From positions 48,682 through 80,681 of the forward strand of contig JARLHE010000030.1 in assembly GCA_031292385.1 (NCBI GenBank): DNA of 32,000 nucleotides, in the 5' to 3' direction. The notes beneath the pieces are model-generated. The model was not told the DNA's origin, searched no databases, and saw only the letters and a program-made list of their open reading frames with translations. The DNA is from Oligoflexia bacterium. Its GTDB lineage: Bacteria > Bdellovibrionota > UBA1018. The position numbers were made by a program, and so were the translations under genes. Below are positions 1 to 8,217 of this stretch, piece by piece (position 1 is the first letter of the stretch; the number at the start of each line of letters is the position of its first letter).

Positions 1-710
1 CTTTTGCCGATGATCTCCATCTGCTTGTTGTCGTGATTCACGAGCGTTTTGAGCGCTTTGTTTTCTTTTTGAAGCATGCGCTGCTGCTCGAGAATGCGTT
101 CGTGCGCGCGGCGGAGCTCGAGGGTTTTTTCCTCGACCGCGGCTTGCAGTTTTTTATTGAAGCTTTTGACCTCGTTAAAAAGCTTGCGATTGGTGATCGC
201 GACATCCACTTGGGCCGCGACCGCTTCGAGCGTGACGATATCGTCTTCGTCGAAGGCGTCCTGTTGCTCGCTCTCGATATTGAGCGTGGCGATGACCTTG
301 TCTCCGTCGTGAAGGATCGGGACGCAGAGCTGGCTCAAGGTGACGATGGGTAGCGAGAGGTTCGTGTAATGCGCGTCTTTACGGACGTCGTTCGAGAGGT
401 AGCTCTTTTTGGTGCGAACCACTTCGCCCGTGATGCCCTGGCCCGCATTGAGGGTGTAACCGATTTTCAGGTGGCTCATATAAGCGCCGGCTTGGGCGCG
501 AAGCTGGGTATTGTTGTTCTCGGTGACGTGCCAAATATGAACGCAGTAATAATTGAAGCGGCTTTGGATGGCGTTGACGATTTCCTGGTAGAAATCATCC
601 GCCTCGAGCGAGCTTTGAAGCTTCGTTGAGAGCTCGTTCAAAAAACGGAGTTTCTGCTCTCGTTTTTGAGGAGCGGCGCTGATATCGGAGTCCTTTACGT
701 TTTCAGGCAC
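1..710 (-). CDS. GAF-domain transcriptional regulator, N-terminal part; probably a sigma-54-dependent activator. The gene runs off the left edge.
   Basis: Absent from the ORF track because it has no stop in the window. My minus-strand translation from GTG at 710 (GGTGGA 4 nt upstream) reads VPENVKDSDISAAPQKREQKLRFLNELSTKLQSSLEADDFYQEIVNAIQSRFNYYCVHIWHV...GQGITGEVVRTKKSYLSNDVRKDAHY...LCVPILHDGDKVIATLNIESEQQDAFDEDDIVTLEAVAAQVDVAITNRKLF. That is a GAF-like pattern. It is followed by a coiled coil and ...NKQMEIIGK at the edge, which resembles the entry into an AAA+ sigma-54 activator module. The + ORFs 33..353 and 369..629 are its antisense shadows. The start is uncertain (in-frame GTG also at 719 and 743). 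Confidence 0.7.
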   Translation of the reverse strand, partial: MPENVKDSDISAAPQKREQKLRFLNELSTKLQSSLEADDFYQEIVNAIQSRFNYYCVHIWHVTENNNTQLRAQAGAYMSHLKIGYTLNAGQGITGEVVRTKKSYLSNDVRKDAHYTNLSLPIVTLSQLCVPILHDGDKVIATLNIESEQQDAFDEDDIVTLEAVAAQVDVAITNRKLFNEVKSFNKKLQAAVEEKTLELRRAHERILEQQRMLQKENKALKTLVNHDNKQMEIIGK

Positions 711-768
711 TTTTTCCACCCGTCTTTTATGAGGACAGTGCACAAATGCACCGCGTTAGACAGGCGGC

Positions 769-797
769 ACAGTATATTTTTTACAGTGCGATGTCAA
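769..797 (-). promoter_or_regulatory. Candidate sigma-70-type promoter for the GAF regulator gene
   Basis: The minus strand reads TTGACA (792-797). It is followed either by a 15-nt spacer and TATACT (771-776) or by a 17-nt spacer and TACTGT (769-774). The palindrome GTGCAcaaaTGCAC (738-751) lies just downstream, between this site and the start codon. Confidence 0.35.
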
Positions 798-872
798 CAT
801 CGAACGAGTTAATTACTCGGGGATGCCCTGAAGGTGAGGTAAAGCTATTTAAAATCAATTAGTTATGCTGAA

Positions 873-2153
873 TTAAATGGCCTCTACAACCATGACGGAG
901 CCGAGTCCGCCAGCGGCGCAGATGGAGATTAATCCCAGATTCTTCTTTCGTGCGCGCAGCTCGTGGAGGGCTTGCAGAATCATGCGGACGCCCGTGGCTC
1001 CGAAAGGATGGCCGAGCGGAATGCTGCCGCCGTTGACGTTGAGCTTGGAGCGATCGACCTGGCCAATGGCCTGGTCCAGCCCGAGCTTTTCCTTGGCCCA
1101 TTCTTTCGATTCGATCGCCTTGATGGTCGAGAGCACTTGTCCGGCGAAGGCCTCATGCACTTCGAGCAAGTCGAGCTGATCCCAAGTAATGCCGGCTTTT
1201 TTTAGTACGCGCGGAATAATAAAGGCCGGCCCGATGAGCAGGGGCTCCTTTTGAACGTCGATCGCGGCGGCGCCGAAAGCGCGCACGACTCCGAGCGGTT
1301 GCAAACCAAGCTCGCGGGCTTTGGATTCGGACATCATGAGAAGCGCCGACGCGCCATCGGTGAGCGGGCTCGCGTTGCCGGCCGTGATGGTTCCGTCCTT
1401 ATAGAATACGGGCTTGAGGCTGCCGAGCTTTTCGAGCGAGGTGTCGCTGCGAACATCGGTGTCGCGATCGATGACCTTGCCGTCGGGCGTGCCGACCGGA
1501 ACCACATGCGAGCGGTAAAAGCCGCGCTCCCAGGCGTTGTGGGCCTTGAGATGGCTATCGAGGGAGAACTTGTCCTGCTCTTCGCGCCCGACTTTGAATT
1601 CACGGCACATGAGATCGGCCGCTTGGCCCATGGTGAGCCCGGTGGTCGGCTCTTTGATGCCGGGAGCCTGCGGGGCGAGCAGGTGCGGTTTGAACTTGCT
1701 CAAGAACTGAAGTTTTTGTCCGGCGGTTTTCGCGCGGGCGAAATCCTGGAAATAATCCGTCGCCTCTTGGCTGAAAAGCGCTCGCACCGAACTGATCGAT
1801 TCGACGCCGCCGGCGATGCCGATGTCGATCTGGCCCGAGAAAATTTTTCCGGCGATCGCGGCAGCCGCTTCAGCGGCCGATGCGCAGTAGCGGTTGATCG
1901 TGGTGGCGGGAATCGTCGAGGGGAGGCCGGAATCGAAGCAAGCTTCGCGAGCGACGTTCGGTCCGTCGGCCGGAGCGCTGACGATGCCCATGTAGATCTC
2001 TTCGATCAACGCGGGATCGAGGCCCGATCTCGCGACCGTTTCACGAAGCGCGATTCCCCCGAGCATGGCGGGCGGCATTTTTTGGAAAACCGTCCGTGCG
2101 CGGACGAAGGGGGTTCGGACACCATTGACGATCACGACTCTTTCGTTTGCCAT
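873..2153 (-). CDS. Acetyl-CoA C-acyltransferase (thiolase family, FadA/FadI-like)
   Basis: 426-aa ORF with an N-terminal VIVNGVRTPF and a nucleophile region NRYCASAAEA. The C-terminal thiolase signatures are NVNGGSIPLGHPFGATGVRM and ICAAGGLGSVMVVE. Confidence 0.9.
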   Translation of the reverse strand: MANERVVIVNGVRTPFVRARTVFQKMPPAMLGGIALRETVARSGLDPALIEEIYMGIVSAPADGPNVAREACFDSGLPSTIPATTINRYCASAAEAAAAIAGKIFSGQIDIGIAGGVESISSVRALFSQEATDYFQDFARAKTAGQKLQFLSKFKPHLLAPQAPGIKEPTTGLTMGQAADLMCREFKVGREEQDKFSLDSHLKAHNAWERGFYRSHVVPVGTPDGKVIDRDTDVRSDTSLEKLGSLKPVFYKDGTITAGNASPLTDGASALLMMSESKARELGLQPLGVVRAFGAAAIDVQKEPLLIGPAFIIPRVLKKAGITWDQLDLLEVHEAFAGQVLSTIKAIESKEWAKEKLGLDQAIGQVDRSKLNVNGGSIPLGHPFGATGVRMILQALHELRARKKNLGLISICAAGGLGSVMVVEAI

Positions 2154-2200
2154 AGACTTGTTTTCTCATAGTTGCGGCGCGAACGCACGCGGTGACTGAG

Positions 2201-3526
2201 TTACTTGGGGGGATTGGACCACTTCGGCGCGGTGCAATTTCCCATGCCGTATGTCAGTCGCTTGACGAAGCTTCCGTCGGCGTTCATGACATAAACGTTT
2301 TGGCCGCCCGCGCGATTCGAGCTGAAGGTGATGAAGTTCCCGTCCGGGCTGAAGAAAGGATCTTCGTTGCTGCCTTCGTTCTTGGTGAGTCGCTCGATGT
2401 GGCTGCCGTCCGGGTTCATCGTGAATACATCGAAATGCTTTTCGAGCCAGCCCGCGAAGACGATTTTGTTGCCTTGCGGTGACCAGTTCGGGGTCGCGTT
2501 ATACACGCCGGCGTAAGTCAGGCGCTGAGGATTCGAGCCATCCGCGTTCATGCGGTACACCATGGGTTTTCCGGAACGCGAGGAAACGAACGCGAGGGTT
2601 TTTCCGTCCGGGCTCCAGGAGGGGTCGACATCGAAGCCCAGGGATTTGGTGAGCCGCGTGACGGTGCTGGTGGCCGGCGTCAGGGTGAAGATTTCCGGAT
2701 TACCGAGAAAGCTCATCGTGAGCGTGACGCTCTGGCCGTCAGGCGAGTAGGCGGCGCCGCTGTTGATTCCTTTCCGGTTGGAAATCATGCGGTAGGTGCT
2801 CGTGGTGAAGTCGAACTCATAAAGGTCGATATTTTTTATGTTGCCGCGATGGCGGGTGTAGACCGAATAGGCGAGCTTGGTCGAGTCCGGGCTCCAAGCC
2901 GGTGCGAAAGAGATCGAGTGATGCTGCGTGACCTGCTTCGGCTCCGAACCGTCGAAGTTCATCATGAAGATTTCTTTTTTGCCGCTGCGGGTGCTGCAGG
3001 TCATCGCGATCTTCGTGAGAAAGATGCCCCGCTGGCCGGTCAGGGCTTCGACGATGTTGTTGGCAACCGTATGGGCGATGGTGTTCACGTCCGAGGTCGA
3101 GGCGACATAGCGCTTGCCGAAAACTTCCTTCGCCTGCGGTACGTCGTAAAGATAGGCTTCCAGCGTCAGCGCCTCGCCTTGCATGCCGATCTGGGCTTTA
3201 AAGAGAAATTCCGCGCCGATGCTGCTCCAGTCGGAGAATTTGAAGGTCGACGGGACGATGCCCGCATTGGCGGCGTTTTCGATCGTGGCGGCGGGCCCCA
3301 ATACTTGGAATAGATCCATGTAAAGCAGGTCGTTCGTGACCGTTTCGTTGATGGCTTTGGTGTATTTGGCCAGGTCGGAGGTGCCGCGGATTTCCGGAAG
3401 CGCGATGACCGTCTTTTTGGTTTTTGCCTCGCCGACCGCGATGTACGGTTGATCGGCGGCGTGGGAAAAATTGAAAAAGCTCGAAGCGACGAGGAACGAG
3501 GCGAAAAATGGGATGGCTTTGCGCAT
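2201..3526 (-). CDS. tolB: Tol-Pal system beta-propeller protein TolB
   Basis: Recurrent propeller blades are present: WSPDSTKLAYS, YSPDGQSVTLT, WSPDGKTLAFV, WSPQGNKIVFA, FSPDGNFITFS. A signal peptide starts at an internal Met (MRKAIPFFASFLVASSFFNFSHA), so I place the start at 3526 rather than the track's 3562. The gene lies directly downstream of tolQ-tolR-tolA. Confidence 0.9.
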   Translation of the reverse strand: MRKAIPFFASFLVASSFFNFSHAADQPYIAVGEAKTKKTVIALPEIRGTSDLAKYTKAINETVTNDLLYMDLFQVLGPAATIENAANAGIVPSTFKFSDWSSIGAEFLFKAQIGMQGEALTLEAYLYDVPQAKEVFGKRYVASTSDVNTIAHTVANNIVEALTGQRGIFLTKIAMTCSTRSGKKEIFMMNFDGSEPKQVTQHHSISFAPAWSPDSTKLAYSVYTRHRGNIKNIDLYEFDFTTSTYRMISNRKGINSGAAYSPDGQSVTLTMSFLGNPEIFTLTPATSTVTRLTKSLGFDVDPSWSPDGKTLAFVSSRSGKPMVYRMNADGSNPQRLTYAGVYNATPNWSPQGNKIVFAGWLEKHFDVFTMNPDGSHIERLTKNEGSNEDPFFSPDGNFITFSSNRAGGQNVYVMNADGSFVKRLTYGMGNCTAPKWSNPPK

Positions 3527-3558
3527 GCCTAACAAGTTAGCGCAAAAACCATGAGACC

Positions 3559-4341
3559 TCAAAGGGGGAAGCCGACCAATACGCCGTTCGAAGAGAGTGT
3601 AGGTGCGACGTCCGACGGCGGCGCGGGAAAAGGCTGGCTTTGCATGAGGGTGCGTTTGACGGCCTCGTCGAATTGGGGGTTTCCGGAAGACTGCACGAAT
3701 CTGAACTGAATCAGTCGACCGCTCGCGTCGACGAAGATCATGACTTTCGCGTTGAGCTGCTGGCGTTCAAGCCACATGGGGAGCGCCCAGTTCTGTTGCA
3801 GCGCGTTTTGAAGGGTGTCGATGTAATTTTCCCGATCCGACTCGCGCGCTTCGGCCGAGAGGCTGGTGCCTTTCGAGATTTTATTGCCCATAATCGGCGT
3901 GGCTTGAGCGGGGGTTTGCGTGTCGAGCGCCGAAATCTTCGCGAGCGATTTGATTCGCTCAAGGGAGCTCTTCAGTCTTTTTTCGCGGTATTTTTCGCTT
4001 TGTTTTGTGGGCTTCAGGACCATTTCATTCGGCTCGGCCATGGTTTTGGGCGGCGAAGGGGCATGCGCCGCATGAGGTGCCGGAGCGGGCTTGGCCTGGA
4101 TGATTTCCTTGATTTCCTTCGAGGGGTTGAGCATCTCCCGTTTGAGCTGCGTCGGCAGGCCCACCAGATCCACTCGCAGCGCCGGAATATAAGCGACGGG
4201 CTTTCCCGGAAAGACGAGATTCTTAAAGATGATCAGCAGCGCGAGCGCCACGTGCACCGCGATCGAGATCGTCAAGCCGCGGCTGAGCTTCTCGTCATGG
4301 GGCTTGTTGATGAACGGGGGCGGGAGGCTGACGGTGTCCAT
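3559..4341 (-). CDS. tolA: TolA-like / TonB-family energy transducer
   Basis: It has an N-terminal TM anchor (GLTISIAVHVALALLIIF) and an Ala/Pro/Lys-rich linker (KPAPAPHAAHAPSPPK). The C-terminal TolA/TonB-C-like domain is ALPMWLERQQLNAKVMIFVDASGRLIQFRFVQSSGNPQFDEAVKRTL. Its position between tolR and tolB supports the call. Confidence 0.75.
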   Translation of the reverse strand: MDTVSLPPPFINKPHDEKLSRGLTISIAVHVALALLIIFKNLVFPGKPVAYIPALRVDLVGLPTQLKREMLNPSKEIKEIIQAKPAPAPHAAHAPSPPKTMAEPNEMVLKPTKQSEKYREKRLKSSLERIKSLAKISALDTQTPAQATPIMGNKISKGTSLSAEARESDRENYIDTLQNALQQNWALPMWLERQQLNAKVMIFVDASGRLIQFRFVQSSGNPQFDEAVKRTLMQSQPFPAPPSDVAPTLSSNGVLVGFPL

Positions 4342-4345
4342 ACGA

Positions 4346-4780
4346 CTAAATGTGCGTGTTCGTTTCGCCCGGTTCGGTCACAAGCCCGATCCGGGTGATC
4401 TTGGATTGCTTTACTTCCGCCATGACCTGCGCCACGTAGCCGTACGAAACGCCTTGGTCGGCTTGGATGAAGACCTGGACGTCGGGGCGGGCGTTTTGGA
4501 TCGCCGTCAATTTTTGCCGCAAAGTTCCCGGCGGAATGACGTTCCCGTTGATCTGGATTTCATGCGAGCGATTCACCACCAGGACGAGCTGCTCGGGCAC
4601 TTCGTTCAAAGTGCCGGCGTTCGCCCTGGGCAGATCGACTTGAATCCCTTGCTGCATCATCGGGGCCGAGACCATGAAAACGATCAGAAGCACCATCATC
4701 ACGTCGACGAGCGGCGTGACATTGATTTCAGCCATCGTGGTGGGGATTGAGCGGACCGACGAACCGGTTTTCATCGCCAT
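4346..4780 (-). CDS. tolR: TolR / ExbD-family biopolymer transport protein
   Basis: ExbD/TolR signature MAEINVTPLVDVMMVLLIVFMV with the conserved TM Asp. 144 aa, immediately after tolQ. Confidence 0.9.
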   Translation of the reverse strand: MAMKTGSSVRSIPTTMAEINVTPLVDVMMVLLIVFMVSAPMMQQGIQVDLPRANAGTLNEVPEQLVLVVNRSHEIQINGNVIPPGTLRQKLTAIQNARPDVQVFIQADQGVSYGYVAQVMAEVKQSKITRIGLVTEPGETNTHI

Positions 4781-4782
4781 TT

Positions 4783-5493
4783 TCAGTTTCCTTTGTGCTT
4801 GCCGGAGGCGGCGCTGACGCTGCGCTGGACGATGTTGACGAAGTCCTGGCTGAAGCCTTCCATGTCGCCCGCGACGCGGCGGATCTCGCCCGCGAAATGG
4901 TTGTAGGCGACAACCGCCGGGATCGCGGCCGCGATGCCCACGGCGGTCGTGATCAGCGCTTCCGAGATACCGGGCGCGACGACCGCCAGGTTGGCCGATC
5001 CGGTGGCGCCGATGTTATGAAACGAATCCATGATGCCCCAAACGGTGCCGAAAAGGCCGACGAAAGGCGCCGCGCTCGCCGTGGTGGCGAGCCAGCCGAG
5101 GCGGTTTTCGAGGGAAGCGATTTCCGTGCCGCTCGCCCTGAAGATCGCCCGTTGGACGTTTTCGACTTTTTCGTTGCCGGCATGTTGCATCTCTTCGCCG
5201 GAAACTTTTCTGAGCTCTTTGACCCCGGAACGGAAAACGGCCGCCACGGTCGATGATTCGTATTTGCCCGATTTTTCCATGATGTCGTCGATGGTTTTGC
5301 TGTGCCAGAAGACGTCGAGAAATTCACGGTTCTCGGCGCGCACGCGCCGCAAAGTGAGCCATTTCGTGAAAATGATGCTCCAGCAGAAAACCGAGGTGAG
5401 AAGCAGGACCGCGAGCACGAACTTGGCGACTGGGCCCGATTGGTTGATGAGGTCGATAAATCCTAAGCTGATTGCGGCGTTTGCACTTTGCAT
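4783..5493 (-). CDS. tolQ: TolQ / MotA-ExbB-family proton channel
   Basis: 236 aa with three TM segments. The conserved C-terminal core is LATTASAAPFVGLFGTVWGIM...LAVVAPGISEALITTAVGIAAAIPAVVAYN. GGGAGA lies 7 nt upstream of the ATG. Confidence 0.9.
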   Translation of the reverse strand: MQSANAAISLGFIDLINQSGPVAKFVLAVLLLTSVFCWSIIFTKWLTLRRVRAENREFLDVFWHSKTIDDIMEKSGKYESSTVAAVFRSGVKELRKVSGEEMQHAGNEKVENVQRAIFRASGTEIASLENRLGWLATTASAAPFVGLFGTVWGIMDSFHNIGATGSANLAVVAPGISEALITTAVGIAAAIPAVVAYNHFAGEIRRVAGDMEGFSQDFVNIVQRSVSAASGKHKGN

Positions 5494-6548
5494 TGAGCGG
5501 TCTCCCTTTTGTATCTCAGCACGTTGCGAATCATGTCAAAAGTCATCAAAATTTGAAACGCGAAACTCGCGAGCGGGCCGCCGATTCCTCCAGAGAAAAA
5601 TCGCGTGGTTTCGGCCACGGTCATGTTGATGCCCGAGGTGAGCTGCTCGTATTTGATCAGGATCAGGCCCGCGAAGTCGCATCCGAAGACGGGAAGGCTC
5701 ATGAGCGGATGGAAGACGGCGAGTACCGCGGCCCAAAAGCCCGCTCCGGGGGCGAAGTCCCTTTCGAAAAGCATCCGGACCCCGAGGTAGAGCGAAACCA
5801 AAAAAAGCGTGATGCCGTTCATCCAGCCCAGCTCCGAGTCGAATTGGAGGAATTTGACCGCGACGTAGAGAACCGAGGTGGCGAAAACGGCGAGAAGCTC
5901 CCGGTTCTGCGTCTGGACGAGAGCTTGAAGCCGTTTCTTTTCGGGGCCCGGGAGGGGCGCCCGGGGAGTTTCCCTTCCGACTTTCAGGAGGTCGCCGAGG
6001 ATTTTATCCCGGAAAATATACTCTTCACAGTAGGCGAACACGCCGACCGAAGCGGTGCGCAACAGAATCGAGGAAAAGGCCACCGCGGCTTGTTCGAAGT
6101 GCACGAAAAAGCCGAGATAATGATAAATTCCGCTAATTAAGAAAGCGAGAAGCACTCCCGAGGCAAGCACGCTGCCGTGCAGAAACCCGGGCAAAAACCT
6201 CTTTTCGAAGCGTTCAGGGGTGAACACGGGCTTTTGATCCGCTTTGCGAAGCGGGTTGAGCAATCGTTGCAGGAGGACGAAGCTGAGCGCGCAGAGGGCG
6301 AGAATCGGGATCTCCGCGGACCCGAAAGCGTCATTGACGTCCTCGAAATGAGCGGCGTGGATTTTCGCGGCTCCGCCGGACGCGAGAACGAAATAGGTTA
6401 TAAAGGTAAGGCTCACCAGCTTGAACGCCGCGATCCAAATCGAATATCCCGCGAAATAGGCTAAGGCGCCCCGGTACTGAATTAATTTCCGCACAATAAC
6501 CCATGCTATGCCGGATTGGGTGTGGGTGCGACGGTAAATATTTGACAC
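5463..6548 (-). CDS. Polytopic membrane protein with a CPBP (CAAX protease/Abi)-like motif, possibly degenerate
   Basis: 361 aa and highly hydrophobic with many TM segments. It contains an EExxxR motif (CEEYIFRD) typical of CPBP motif 1. I do not see the downstream FxxxH / HxxxN histidine motifs cleanly. The gene overlaps the tolQ start by 31 nt. Confidence 0.45.
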   Translation of the reverse strand: MSNIYRRTHTQSGIAWVIVRKLIQYRGALAYFAGYSIWIAAFKLVSLTFITYFVLASGGAAKIHAAHFEDVNDAFGSAEIPILALCALSFVLLQRLLNPLRKADQKPVFTPERFEKRFLPGFLHGSVLASGVLLAFLISGIYHYLGFFVHFEQAAVAFSSILLRTASVGVFAYCEEYIFRDKILGDLLKVGRETPRAPLPGPEKKRLQALVQTQNRELLAVFATSVLYVAVKFLQFDSELGWMNGITLFLVSLYLGVRMLFERDFAPGAGFWAAVLAVFHPLMSLPVFGCDFAGLILIKYEQLTSGINMTVAETTRFFSGGIGGPLASFAFQILMTFDMIRNVLRYKRETAQCKVQTPQSA

Positions 6549-6604
6549 CTTGCGATACCTTGCGGGCCCGGCTTTGTTTGATATGCTAGTGTCGAGAGTG
6601 TGTG

Positions 6605-7315
6605 ATGATTCAATTGCAGTCGGTTTCCAAATCCTATTTCGGCGAAGAGCAGGTTCTCCATCAGGTCTCGCTTGAGATCAAAAAGGGGGAGTTCCTTTAC
6701 GTGCTGGGCGGAAGCGGCGCGGGAAAGTCTTCCCTGCTTCGCATGCTTGCCACGGAAGAAGCCCCTTCATCGGGCCAGCTGAGCCTGTTTGGCTATGATC
6801 TCACGCAGATGACTCCGTCTTCTCTTCGGGGCGTTCGGCAGTCGATCGGTTACATCCCGCAGGAAATCCGCCTGATCCCTGACCTTACGGTCATGGATAA
6901 TGTCATGCTCGCGCTTGCGACCGCCGGCCGCCGGGTGCTCACGGGTTCGCAGCCTCGGGTTCAGGAATTACTGGAGCGCATGGGGCTTCAAAAGATCCGA
7001 CACAAGCGCGCGGCGTTGCTTTCAGGGGGCGAGGCCCAGCGCGTGGCGGTCGTCCGTGCGCTCGTTCGCAATCCGGATTTGATCGTCGCCGACGAACCGA
7101 CCGGCGCTCAGGATCGCGATTACACCTGGGCGATGATGGAGCTGTTTTTCCGCGCGAACGCTCAGGGCGCGACCGTCGTGCTGGCCACCCATGATCGAGA
7201 GATCGTCCGGCGCGTGCGCAAGCGATGCGCGATTCTAAGCAGCGGCCAGTTGAGTTTCGATACATGGAACGTGGGTGGGCAAGCCGGCCAAGGGGAGGCT
7301 CCATGCTTTTATTAA
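6605..7315 (+). CDS. ftsE: Cell-division ABC ATPase FtsE
   Basis: Walker A GGSGAGKSS, ABC signature LSGGEAQRVAVVRAL, Walker B LIVADEPTGAQD. It is followed by an overlapping ftsX. The track starts at GTG 6602; ATG 6605 has GAGAG 6 nt upstream. Confidence 0.9.
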   Translation: MIQLQSVSKSYFGEEQVLHQVSLEIKKGEFLYVLGGSGAGKSSLLRMLATEEAPSSGQLSLFGYDLTQMTPSSLRGVRQSIGYIPQEIRLIPDLTVMDNVMLALATAGRRVLTGSQPRVQELLERMGLQKIRHKRAALLSGGEAQRVAVVRALVRNPDLIVADEPTGAQDRDYTWAMMELFFRANAQGATVVLATHDREIVRRVRKRCAILSSGQLSFDTWNVGGQAGQGEAPCFY

Positions 7316-8217
7316 TGAAGCTTTCCCTGCGTCCGTGGCGGCTCGCGTTTTTAAGCCAGCTTTGCTCGGCGATGGCCGTCGGTTTTCTTTTGATCTTGGC
7401 GGGGTTTCTTTTCTGGGTACAGCAAGGTCTCAGGCCCGTGCTTTCCCGCCTGCAGCGGGAGCAGGTGGTGACGGCCTATCTTTCGCCCACGGTCGAAGTG
7501 GCTAATGAGCAGAAAGTGGTCGACGATATTCGCACCTCTTTAGGCGCGCACGCCGACCGGGTCGAGGTTCGCATGGTCGGAGCCGATCAATTCATCGCCG
7601 ACATCGGCAAGCAGTATCCGGAGCTCGCGAAAGATATCGAGGATCTGGGCGGCGACGCCACCCCGCTCGTGCCGCGCTACGTTTCCGTGGCGGGAATTTT
7701 GGAGGATACGGCGCTTGACCGAATCCGGGCGACCTCCGGCGTCGAGGCGGCAGAGAGCTCGCGCGATCGCTATCGCAACGTTCTGGGCGCGTTCGCCGCA
7801 TTGCGCTGGGTCGCGCGTCTTCTGGTCGCGGGCCTCGGGCTCGCGCTCTTGACGGGCTTGATTCATCTGGCGCGCACGAACGCCTACATTCATCGCGAGG
7901 CGACCGCGCTGATGCGGCTTCTGGGGGGCGGCGGGGCGTTGCTTCAGGTGCCTGGAATTTTGTCCGGCTTGAGCGTCGGAATGCTCGGTGGATTGTTCGC
8001 CGTGAGCGGTTGGATCAGCGCCGGCTTGTGGCTGAGCCATCACGTGAAGGGCTTATCGCCGCTACTACGGGACATGCCGACGCCGAACCCGGCGTTCGGG
8101 GCGGTGCTTTTTGCCGCAGGCGGGGTGATCGGTCTCGTCGCGGGGGGCATTGCCGGCAGCGTGGTCATGAGCTCCTCGTCTTCTTTTGGCGGCGATCGAG
8201 GTCGCGGGGAGTTTTAG
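7303..8217 (+). CDS. ftsX: Cell-division permease-like protein FtsX
   Basis: FtsX topology: TM1 (FLSQLCSAMAVGFLLILAGFLFWV), a periplasmic domain, then three C-terminal TMs. The internal Met start (MLLLMKLSLRPW) at 7303 overlaps the ftsE end by 13 nt. The upstream part of track ORF 7225 is not needed. Confidence 0.85.
   Translation: MLLLMKLSLRPWRLAFLSQLCSAMAVGFLLILAGFLFWVQQGLRPVLSRLQREQVVTAYLSPTVEVANEQKVVDDIRTSLGAHADRVEVRMVGADQFIADIGKQYPELAKDIEDLGGDATPLVPRYVSVAGILEDTALDRIRATSGVEAAESSRDRYRNVLGAFAALRWVARLLVAGLGLALLTGLIHLARTNAYIHREATALMRLLGGGGALLQVPGILSGLSVGMLGGLFAVSGWISAGLWLSHHVKGLSPLLRDMPTPNPAFGAVLFAAGGVIGLVAGGIAGSVVMSSSSSFGGDRGRGEF

Noticed and set aside
1251-2171. Long + strand ORF (306 aa) antisense to the thiolase gene. 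Similar long antisense ORFs occur at 3640..4398, 8214..9332, 9413..10369, 10442..11185, 10980..11663, 12409..13266, 13555..14313, 14345..15049, 16953..17906, 19229..20491, 24148..24912 and 25702..26784.
   Set aside because: Each lies opposite a gene with clear family signatures. Their translations are Arg/Gly/Asp/Glu/Phe-biased, as expected from the reverse frame of GC-rich coding DNA, and they lack recognisable motifs, signal peptides or RBS. They are treated as shadow ORFs.
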